In this document: positions 17,110 to 24,775 of the stretch, piece by piece
Layout of the letters: each line of letters starts with the position of its first letter
How positions within the stretch are numbered: position 1 is the first letter of the stretch
NCBI GenBank assembly: GCA_030167145.1
Contig: CP126532.1
Span: forward strand, 2,370,001 to 2,402,000
DNA length: 32,000 nt
Direction: 5' to 3'
DNA from: Ktedonobacterales bacterium
GTDB lineage: Bacteria; Chloroflexota; Ktedonobacteria; Ktedonobacterales; JADMIN01
Made by a program: the position numbers and the translations under genes
Notes under the pieces: model-generated
Database searches by the model: none
Told to the model about the DNA's origin: nothing
The model's input: the letters and a program-made list of their open reading frames with translations, nothing else

Positions 17110-18129
17110 CTATTCGATTCCCGCGAGCAGCTTCGCGATTTGCTCAGGGGATGGCAATTCGCCTTGCAGCGCGGCGGGCGGCGAGGTGACGATATGGTAT
17201 GTTGCTACCCCGATGGGTTTGTTCGATTCCTTTAGAGCGTATTCTACAATGGTCTTGTCCTTATCTTTGCAGAGAATGATGCCGATAGATGGACTCTCTC
17301 CGGCAATCCGGGCTTTGTCATCTAGCAGCGCCAGATAGAACTGCATCTTGCCAACATACTCTGGTAGGAACTCGCCGATCTTGAGTTCCAGCGCGACCAG
17401 GCATTTCAGACGCCGGTGAAATAGCAGCAGGTCAATAAAATATTCCTTGTCGCCGACTTCGAGGCGATACTGGCTGCCGACCAGGGTAAACGCGCCACCC
17501 ATTTCACGCAGGAAGCTCTCGACATTTGCCAGCAACGCCTGCTCCAATTGTCGCTCGGTATGCTCGTCGGCCAGTTCCAGAAAGTCGAAGGTGTATTCAT
17601 CTTTCACCGTGAGCTTCGCTTGCTGGTGGATGTGATCAGGCAATGTTTGCTCGAAATTGGTCTGGTTGAGTAATGTTTTTTGATAGGTTTGGTTTTCGAT
17701 TTGAAGGATTAGTATGCTTTTAGTCCAGCCGAATTTTCGCGCCATGCGAAGATAAAACTCGCGTTCCAGCATGTCGCGGCACCGCTCCATGACGACGACG
17801 TTGTGGCTCCAACTAACTTCTCGCACCAGTAGCGCGAGTTGTTCCTGCTGGGTGTAAAGCTCATAAAATCGCTTCATACGCCACAGGTTGGTAGCCGAGA
17901 AGCCTGATATGCCAACCAGGTCAGCTTGCAAATCTCTTGCCAATGTTTCAACAATGGAGCCACCCCATGTACCTACAGCCAACCGCTCCACAATCATTCT
18001 GCCAATGTCCCAATAGAGCGAGATAAGCTCTCTGTTCACAGCTTTCAGTGCCGCATATTGAGCAGAGCGTATGCGCTCTTTAATTGCTTGGAGAAGCATA
18101 GGATAGTCGCTGTGTGCTGGTTCACTCAT
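17110..18129 (-). CDS. PD-(D/E)XK nuclease family protein (DUF1016 / YhcG-like)
   Basis: MSEPAHSDYPMLLQAIKERIRSAQYAALKAVNRELISLYWDIGRMIV resembles YhcG-family N-termini. The nuclease core is YFIDLLLFHRRLKCLVALELKIGEF (D...E-x-K), followed by GKMQFYLALLDD. Start at ATG 18127-18129. The listed ORF start at 18441 runs through the repeat and ridA. GC is visibly lower than in the flanks. Confidence 0.75.
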   Translation of the reverse strand: MSEPAHSDYPMLLQAIKERIRSAQYAALKAVNRELISLYWDIGRMIVERLAVGTWGGSIVETLARDLQADLVGISGFSATNLWRMKRFYELYTQQEQLALLVREVSWSHNVVVMERCRDMLEREFYLRMARKFGWTKSILILQIENQTYQKTLLNQTNFEQTLPDHIHQQAKLTVKDEYTFDFLELADEHTERQLEQALLANVESFLREMGGAFTLVGSQYRLEVGDKEYFIDLLLFHRRLKCLVALELKIGEFLPEYVGKMQFYLALLDDKARIAGESPSIGIILCKDKDKTIVEYALKESNKPIGVATYHIVTSPPAALQGELPSPEQIAKLLAGIE

Positions 18130-18230
18130 GGAGCGGCACCACTTCTTTGGATTCCCCCACCATTGGCGGGGGAAATAGAACGCGGGCATCTGTTGCTTGG
18201 CTATTTCAGTATATCTCCATATCTTCTTTT

Positions 18231-18279
18231 CAGGCGACGGGGATGGTGAACGATCATGTGGTGGCGTGCTTCCGCTATG
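18231..18279 (+). repeat. Direct repeat copy 2 (49 bp)
   Basis: Identical to 17029-17077 and flanks the far side of the DUF1016 gene. Confidence 0.95.
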
Positions 18280-18299
18280 TGGAGGTAGCAGAGCGATGA
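18231..18299 (+). pseudogene. Orphan 3' fragment of tag (encodes ...QATGMVNDHVVACFRYVEVAER*)
   Basis: It reads in the tag frame and ends at TGA 18297-18299, 15 nt before the convergent ridA stop. There is no upstream tag body. This is probably the original tag terminus displaced by the insertion. Confidence 0.6.
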
Positions 18300-18313
18300 A
18301 AGGCGACCATGTA

Positions 18314-18706
18314 TCAGCGGTCACTTGTGGCCAGGGCGATGAGGTCCATAACAATGAGCGCCCCAGGTTTGGCGAGATTGGAGACTTCAACCGTGGTGCG
18401 GGCCGGTTTATGCGTGCCGAAGATCTCTTCGTAGATTGCATTCATCGGCGCAAAGTCTTCCATATGTTTGAGATAGACGCAGACCTGGACGACCTGCGAC
18501 AGATCGCTGCCCGCCGCATTGAGAACTTCTCGCAGGTTACGCAAGACCTGCCGTGTTTGCTGTTCCACGCCCTCAACGAGAGTATCAGTAGCGGGATCAA
18601 CCCCCGCATGGCCGGAACAGAAGACGAAGCCATTGGCGCGTATGGCCTGTGAGTACGGGCCAAAGGGTTGTTGCGCCGCACTTGTGGAGATCGGTTGTAG
18701 CACCAT
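18314..18706 (-). CDS. ridA: RidA/YjgF/TdcF family reactive-intermediate deaminase
   Basis: Family pattern: PFGPYSQAIRANGFVFCSGHAGVDPAT...QTRQVLRNLREVLNAAGSDLSQVVQVCVYLKHMEDFAPMNAIYEEIF...PARTTVEVSNL. ATG 18704-18706 lies 8 nt after AGGAGG. The listed TTG at 18712 is less likely. Confidence 0.85.
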   Translation of the reverse strand: MVLQPISTSAAQQPFGPYSQAIRANGFVFCSGHAGVDPATDTLVEGVEQQTRQVLRNLREVLNAAGSDLSQVVQVCVYLKHMEDFAPMNAIYEEIFGTHKPARTTVEVSNLAKPGALIVMDLIALATSDR

Positions 18707-18869
18707 TTTCAAGGCCTCCTATACTCATCATCGGTCGTCGTCCACTCAAGAATCTGGTGTTTGGTTTCCCTGGCGAGGTAGCGCGCGGGCAGGCAATATG
18801 ATGCAGGCAATGTGATGGCCTGATAGAGCATATGACACTCCACCAGGCCAAAGACTATGCGCAATGTGG

Positions 18870-20801
18870 TTATGGTTCGACGATGTTGAACATCAGATTG
18901 AAGGTTTCGAGCAGGCCCAGGAGTTGGGTGAACCGGCTCTTGTCGCCGTCAATGGTGATGCGCCCATCGGCAATCGCTTTGTCGAAGGTGGTCTGCTCCA
19001 GCGAGATAGCGTCGAGGGTCGCTTTGGTCAGGGTGATCGTCGCGACGGCCTTGGGGTCGTGTACATTCTTGCGGTAGGTTAGGGCGCCATTGCGCAGGGT
19101 GAGAGCGTAGGTCTCGTTGAGGTCGGTGAAGTTCCAGTTGAGCACGAAGTCGCCGAGCAGCGCGGCTTTCTCGCCGTTCATCCGGATGCCCATGTAGTCG
19201 AAATACAGGTTAATGGGCATAGCTGTGATGGTGTCGGGGGTGACCGTCGTCACCACGCTTGGGCCGGTGTAGAGGCCGTTGCGCAGCTCGAAGGCGGCGG
19301 TGAGATAGAGGCCGCGCCACGTGCCATTCTCGGACTGATAGCCAAGCTGCTCGTGCGCATCGGCAAGTAGCTCGCGTGCGGTCTGATTCTTGGGGTTGGC
19401 AAAGACCAGATGGTTGAGCAGTTGCGCCACCCAGCGATACTCGCCGCGCTGGAACGCCTCGCGCGCCTGGGCAAGCACCTGATCAGCCCCGCCCATCGCC
19501 GCGACGTAGTGTTTGCCAGCCTCGACCGGCGGCAGCGGATTCAAATTGGCGGGATTGCCATCGTAGAAACCGAGATAGCGTTGGTAGACGGCGCGCACGT
19601 TGTGGCTGATCGAACCGTAGTAGCCGCGGCAGTACCAGCGCCGCTCCAGATTGGGCGGCAGCGTGGTGAGTGTTTCGGCAATCTCCATTGGGGTGTAGCC
19701 GTGGTTGATCAGACGCAGGGTCTGGTCGTGGAGGTACTGATACATGTCGCGCTGATCAGAAAGGAAGGTCGTGACGTTCTCCGTGCCCCAGGTGGGCCAG
19801 TGGTGCGAGGCGAACAGCACGTCAGTACGGCTGGCGAAAAGTTCGATGGCCTCGGTCAGATAGCCCGCCCAGACCTTAGGGTCGCGCACCTCGGCGCCAC
19901 GCAGGGTGAGCAGGTTGTGCAGGTTATGCGTCGCATTCTCGGCGGCGCAGAGGGCGCGGAACTGTGGGAAGTAGAAGTTCATCTCAGCGGGGGCTTCGGT
20001 GCCCGGCGTGAGCTGAAATTCGATCTCGACGCCGTCAATGGTGCGTGTAGTATGCGACTCGGTGATCACGTCGGTCGGGGCAATCAAGGTGATGGTGCCG
20101 GTCGAAGTTGCTTTGCCCAGCCCAAGGTCCACTTGCCCGCGCTCGCCCGTGGGCAGGAAGACTCCGTACTGATATTGGGCGCGGCGGGCCATCGCGTTGC
20201 CCGCGAAGACATTCTCCGATATCACATGTTCCATGAAGCCCACAGGCGCGTAGATCTTGACCTTGCCAGCCTTGGCGTCATCCTCGGAGATCACACCTTT
20301 CACGCCACCATAGTGGTCGCCGTGGCTGTGCGTATGGATGACGGCGACGACCGGCTTACGACCTCGGTGCTGGACGTAGAGATCCATGCCAGCGGCGGCG
20401 CACTCAGTGGAGATCAGCGGGTCAATGACGATCAGGCCAGTGTCGCCTTCGATGATCGTCATGTTGGAGATGTCGAAGCCACGAAGCTGGTAGATGCGGT
20501 CCGTTACCTGGAACAGGCCAGCGATGCGATTGATCTGCGCCTGCCGCCACAGGCTGGGGTGGACAGTAGCGGCAGCCGTCTCAGCAGCCTCGAAGGCGTA
20601 AGCCGCGAAGTCAAAGACGGCTCTGCCGTCCGCGTTAGTAATAGCGTCGGTGGCTGGCCCAGCGATCAGGCCGCGCCGCGCATCATCGAAGTCGCGCGTA
20701 TCCTGAAACGGCAGATTCCGCAGGGCAGTAGCGTTCGCGGTCCGTGTCACTTCGGTTGCGTCTTTCGACGCGGCGGCGCGGGCCTGGCTCTTCGTCGTCA
20801 C
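18870..20801 (-). CDS. MBL-fold alkyl/aryl-sulfatase (SdsA1/YjcS-like) with a C-terminal SCP2-like domain
   Basis: Metallo-beta-lactamase motif: VIHTHSHGDHYGG. The length (643 aa), the middle dimerisation region and the C-terminal lipid-binding-like region fit the alkyl-sulfatase family. GTG start at 20801 has ggaagg 8 nt upstream. Confidence 0.8.
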   Translation of the reverse strand: MTTKSQARAAASKDATEVTRTANATALRNLPFQDTRDFDDARRGLIAGPATDAITNADGRAVFDFAAYAFEAAETAAATVHPSLWRQAQINRIAGLFQVTDRIYQLRGFDISNMTIIEGDTGLIVIDPLISTECAAAGMDLYVQHRGRKPVVAVIHTHSHGDHYGGVKGVISEDDAKAGKVKIYAPVGFMEHVISENVFAGNAMARRAQYQYGVFLPTGERGQVDLGLGKATSTGTITLIAPTDVITESHTTRTIDGVEIEFQLTPGTEAPAEMNFYFPQFRALCAAENATHNLHNLLTLRGAEVRDPKVWAGYLTEAIELFASRTDVLFASHHWPTWGTENVTTFLSDQRDMYQYLHDQTLRLINHGYTPMEIAETLTTLPPNLERRWYCRGYYGSISHNVRAVYQRYLGFYDGNPANLNPLPPVEAGKHYVAAMGGADQVLAQAREAFQRGEYRWVAQLLNHLVFANPKNQTARELLADAHEQLGYQSENGTWRGLYLTAAFELRNGLYTGPSVVTTVTPDTITAMPINLYFDYMGIRMNGEKAALLGDFVLNWNFTDLNETYALTLRNGALTYRKNVHDPKAVATITLTKATLDAISLEQTTFDKAIADGRITIDGDKSRFTQLLGLLETFNLMFNIVEP

Positions 20802-21033
20802 TGGTTGTACCTTCCATTGTTGGTCGCGTGACGCATAGCGTCACGCGCTCGTGCCTGGGCATGGCAGCCGCAACCCTGCGTCATCTTCGCGCGAGCGGCA
20901 AGCGGCATTAGTCCAGGTGGGTATGCCTGGGAGATACGGTGTGTGCAAGATATGTTCCTCAGCAGCGGGCACAAGCGCAGACCGACGCCACAAGGGGATG
21001 CGGCTAGATTGCAGTGAGGATAGGGACTCTACG

Positions 21034-21609
21034 CTATGAGCCAGCGCATGCACGCCAGTCGAGGTCGTCGGGATTGAGTTCGTAGCGCCAGATGGGAATC
21101 TCGCGCCACTGCCACGGGGCGCGCACGATGTCGTCGAGCGAGGCGTCGCCACACCAGTATTCGAGCGCCCAGCGGGTGGCACGATGGCCGATGACGCAGA
21201 CCGTTTGGCCGTCGTAGTCGCGCAGGACATCACGCAGAAACGCTTCGACCCGCTGCGCGACCATGAGCAGGCTTTCACCATTGGGGAACGGCTCGGCGAT
21301 GCGGCGCGCGAACTCCGCTTCGACCTGCGCTACGGGATATTGCGTCATCGCGCCGTAGTCGTACTCGCGCAACCGGGCATCGCACACGAGCGGGATGCCA
21401 CGCGCCGAGAATGCGATCTCGCTGGTTGCGGTGGCACGCTGGAGGTCGGAGCAGAAGACAGCGGCGAGCGGGATGGATGCGTACTGCTCGCCAAGCTCGC
21501 GCGCCTGCTGCTGGCCGGATGCGGCGAGCGGCACATCGGCGTGGCCGGAGGCGCGGCCTGCCTCGTTATCCACGCTGGCCATATGCGGCGAATAGTAGAT
21601 GGTGAGCAT
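21034..21609 (-). CDS. Histidine phosphatase (phosphoglycerate mutase-like) family protein, atypical N-terminal motif
   Basis: SDLQRATATSEIA and VIGHRATRWALEY match family blocks. The N-terminal catalytic block reads YYSPHMASVDNE instead of the canonical RHGE(T/S)xxN. Confidence 0.65.
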   Translation of the reverse strand: MLTIYYSPHMASVDNEAGRASGHADVPLAASGQQQARELGEQYASIPLAAVFCSDLQRATATSEIAFSARGIPLVCDARLREYDYGAMTQYPVAQVEAEFARRIAEPFPNGESLLMVAQRVEAFLRDVLRDYDGQTVCVIGHRATRWALEYWCGDASLDDIVRAPWQWREIPIWRYELNPDDLDWRACAGS

Positions 21610-21844
21610 ATGTTTTCCAGTATAGCGGGCTGACGGTTGAAATCGCGCATCGGGCGTCCGGCGGACGCTCCTACGGACGTGAAACCCGCTGTCGCGGGGT
21701 GGAAGTAAACAGATGATAGCAGGAAAAGCCTGCGAAAGTTGTGCTGAAATCTGCCGCCCTGTGCTGGCTACCGTATGATATGCTGTCCGTCGCGTGTTTG
21801 CTCAGGGTTGGAGCGCGGAGCATCGCCAGGGGAAAGTAGGGAGC

Positions 21845-23140
21845 ATGGCCACGAAACTCGCGGGCAGCGTGCGGTTTACGCGGGCGCTGCGCCACCGTCC
21901 GTTCGCGTTGCTGTGGATTGGGCAGACGATCTCGGCGGTGGGCGATGGCGCGTTTCTCATCGCGCTGCCGTGGACGGTGCTGATACTGACGCATTCGGCA
22001 ACGGCGATGGGGCTGGTGTCCATTGCCGGGATGCTGCCGCGTGTGGCATTTCTGCTGGTGGGCGGCGTCGCGGCTGACCGTTTCTCGCGGCGGCGCATCC
22101 TGCTCTACTCGGATGCCGGGCGCGCGATGGCGGTGCTGGGGGTGGCAGCGCTGGCGCTGATGCACACGCTACGTTTGTGGCATCTCGTCGGGCTGGGGCT
22201 GCTATTCGGCATCGCCGATGGCTTCTTCATGCCGGCGTACAATGCAATTCCGCCGCTGCTGGTGCCGGCGGACGATTTGCCCTCGGCTAATGCGCTCTCA
22301 AGCCTGGGACGGCAGATGAGCTTCCTCGTTGGCCCGGCGCTAGGCGCGTTCTTCATCGCCGTGACGAATGTGCAGGGGGCGTTTCTTTTCGATGCGGCGA
22401 CCTTCGTGCTTTCGGCGCTCTGCCTGGTCGCGCTGCGGATGCCCAAGCCGGGGGAGGCCGCCGCGTCTCCCTCTATGGTGGCGAGTGAGGGCGAGAGTGA
22501 GCGAGCACGTAAAAGAGGTATCGCAGGGGCGCTGGCAGACATCCGCGAGGGGCTGGGCTATGTGACGCGCTCGACCTGGCTCTGGCTGACGATTGCCATC
22601 GCGGCGTTCGGCAACGCCTGCTGGTCGGGGTCGCTGTTCGTTTCCGCGCCGAAACTGATCGCGGATACCTTTCACGGTGGCGTGTGGCTGCTGGGGCTGC
22701 TGCAAACGTTGATGGCGGTCGGCTCGATTGTAGCGACGCTGGCGGTGGGGAATATGCGCAAATTGCGGCATCGTGGCATCCTGGCCTATGGCGGCCTGTG
22801 CATCTCGTGTGTGTCGTTGATTGCGCTGGGTCTGCCTATTCCCGCTGCCGCCGCGCCGGTGCTGCTGGGGGTCGCGGGCGCGGGCATCGGTATCGGTCTG
22901 GGCATTTTCGATCCCATCTGGAGCACGACGCTGCAAGAGCTAGTGCCTACCGACAAGCTGGGCCGCGTGAGCAGCATAGACTGGCTTGGCTCGCTGGTGA
23001 TGACGCCGGTGGGGCTGGCGCTGGGTGGTGTGCTGACGGACCATATCGGGCCGTCGCTGGTCTTCATCGGCGCGGGGCTGATCAATCTGGCGCTGGCGCT
23101 CGGCGCGCTCACGGCGCGGGGCATCCGCGAACTGGATTGA
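21845..23140 (+). CDS. MFS transporter (EntS/MFS_3-like)
   Basis: About 12 hydrophobic segments. The N-terminus RFTRALRHRPFALLWIGQTISAVGDG and the loop motif VGGVAADRFSRRRIL are typical of this MFS subgroup. ATG 21845 follows gggag. The listed start at 21794 is less likely. Confidence 0.8.
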   Translation: MATKLAGSVRFTRALRHRPFALLWIGQTISAVGDGAFLIALPWTVLILTHSATAMGLVSIAGMLPRVAFLLVGGVAADRFSRRRILLYSDAGRAMAVLGVAALALMHTLRLWHLVGLGLLFGIADGFFMPAYNAIPPLLVPADDLPSANALSSLGRQMSFLVGPALGAFFIAVTNVQGAFLFDAATFVLSALCLVALRMPKPGEAAASPSMVASEGESERARKRGIAGALADIREGLGYVTRSTWLWLTIAIAAFGNACWSGSLFVSAPKLIADTFHGGVWLLGLLQTLMAVGSIVATLAVGNMRKLRHRGILAYGGLCISCVSLIALGLPIPAAAAPVLLGVAGAGIGIGLGIFDPIWSTTLQELVPTDKLGRVSSIDWLGSLVMTPVGLALGGVLTDHIGPSLVFIGAGLINLALALGALTARGIRELD

Positions 23141-23251
23141 TAGAGGCGCTCTGATGTGCTAGGCTAAATCGGACCAAAGCGAATATGTGAGATGGAGACA
23201 TGGTTCATCTTGAACCTGCCCGCGATACGGTTGAATGGGTGGAACTGAGCT

Positions 23252-23767
23252 ACGCACGTCATCACGCGCAAACGGCTTAATGAGTTCGCCGCTCAGCATC
23301 CATATGCATCGCCCGCGCTCAAGCATTGGTACATACAGATGAAGTCCGCATCTTTCGATACTTTCGCCGAGTTGCGCATGGTCCTTCCGAGTGCGGATCA
23401 GGTGGGAAGGTTAACGGTCTTCAACCTTGGCGGCAACACCACACGTCTCGTCGCCGCAATTCACTACAACCGGCAAAAGGTCTACATACGAGCTATTTTA
23501 ACGCATGAAGAATACGACAAAGGGAATGGAAGGGGTAAACCAATGCCTACAAGTGAACTCGAACGTATCGAGCAGGTATGGCCTGACCTAGCTAATTTGC
23601 TATTTGTCCCGCATACAGACAGTGACTATCAACAGCTTGTCGCGCTCCTCGATTCATTGATTGATCGCGTTGGTGAAGATGAGACAAACCCGCTCGCCTC
23701 GCTGATGGAAGTCCTTGGCGCGCTCATCGAGCGATACGAGGACGAGCATGTCCCCGAACTCACATAG
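23252..23767 (+). pseudogene. higB: Decayed higB-higA toxin-antitoxin module (HigB with ACG in place of ATG, fused in frame to a HigA N-terminal fragment lacking the HTH domain)
   Basis: The frame reads (T)HVITRKRLNEFAAQHP...WYIQMKSASFDTFAELR...VFNLGGNTTRLVAAIHYNRQKVYIRAILTHEEYDK. This matches HigB (E. coli MHLITQKAL...VFNVGGNELRVVAMV...CYIREVMTHKEYD). The codon aligned to Met1 is ACG (23252-23254), right after an in-frame TGA. From ATG 23543 the HigA-like N-domain (DYQQLVALLDSLID...NPLASLMEVLGALIERYE) ends at TAG 23765-23767 with no helix-turn-helix downstream. Confidence 0.6.
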
Positions 23768-23907
23768 CGCGGGCGCCTCTCGCCTGAGCGCATGACGCTG
23801 CCCGCATCGGAGATGGCGCCTGGTCCCTGGTATTCGATATCTCCCTGTGATCCCCACATCTGTTCGAGGGTTCACTTCTCGTAACCGCGCCTCATCCTGT
23901 GCGCGCC

Positions 23908-24561
23908 TCATCCTGTGCGCAGCATTGAGTAGACGCGCGGGCCACCACCACGCGCGGCGCTTTCGGCGACGACACGGAAGCCGTGGCGCTGATAGAAGGG
24001 AACGTTGGCCGGGTTCTCGGTTTCAAGGTAGCAGGGCAGCCCGGCGGCGTCTATGCGCGCCGACATCGGCGCAAGCAGCCGCGAGCCGATGCCCTGGCGC
24101 TGGCGGGAGGGTTCGACGCCGATCTGCGAGAGATACCAGTGCGGGCCGGGGGCGCAGCGTTCATGCAGTGACGCCGTGTGCGCGCCCACACGCGCCAGCC
24201 GCCGCAGCGCGGGCCACGGCATCTTCAGGGGTGCGGCGAACATGCCCGCGTGTGCCATACGCCAGGGCGTCATCGCCGTTCGCCCCGGCGGCAGCCAGAC
24301 GGCGACACCCTCAAATCCCTGTGTGGCGTAGACTTCACCGTAGAGCATAGCATAGCGGACGTTGAGGCTGATGAGATAGGGCAGGAGGCGTTGCCGCTGC
24401 TCGGCATTGGGGATGACGTAGCACATCAGCGGGTCGTACTGAAACGCGCGGGCGAGCAACGCCGCGACACGACTGGCGGCATCGGGCGCGCTGATACGCA
24501 GGAGATCGGGCGAATCGTGCATAGTGGCTCTCTCGCTGGGTGTGCTCAGGGTGTGGGGCAT
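23908..24561 (-). CDS. GNAT family N-acetyltransferase
   Basis: Acetyl-CoA binding block: IGVEPSRQRQGIGSRLLAPM...YLETENPANVPFYQRHGFRVV. The start could be ATG 24561 or ATG 24522 (the latter follows gagagag). Confidence 0.8.
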   Translation of the reverse strand: MPHTLSTPSERATMHDSPDLLRISAPDAASRVAALLARAFQYDPLMCYVIPNAEQRQRLLPYLISLNVRYAMLYGEVYATQGFEGVAVWLPPGRTAMTPWRMAHAGMFAAPLKMPWPALRRLARVGAHTASLHERCAPGPHWYLSQIGVEPSRQRQGIGSRLLAPMSARIDAAGLPCYLETENPANVPFYQRHGFRVVAESAARGGGPRVYSMLRTG

Positions 24562-24775
24562 TCAGCGCATTGTTCTCTGATATCGTATCCTATGACGGAA
24601 ATAGAGGAGTCATCGCGCGGCGATGTGATGTACGCTCATCCTGGTGGCTGGGGCAGATGTGTGCGGCGATAAAGAGGCGCTGGCGGCATGAGCGCACCAG
24701 CGCCATCGTCCTTGGAGGGCGACCATATCTGGGTCAGGCATCACACATGACCAGATATGGCCGTAGAATCTCGCG

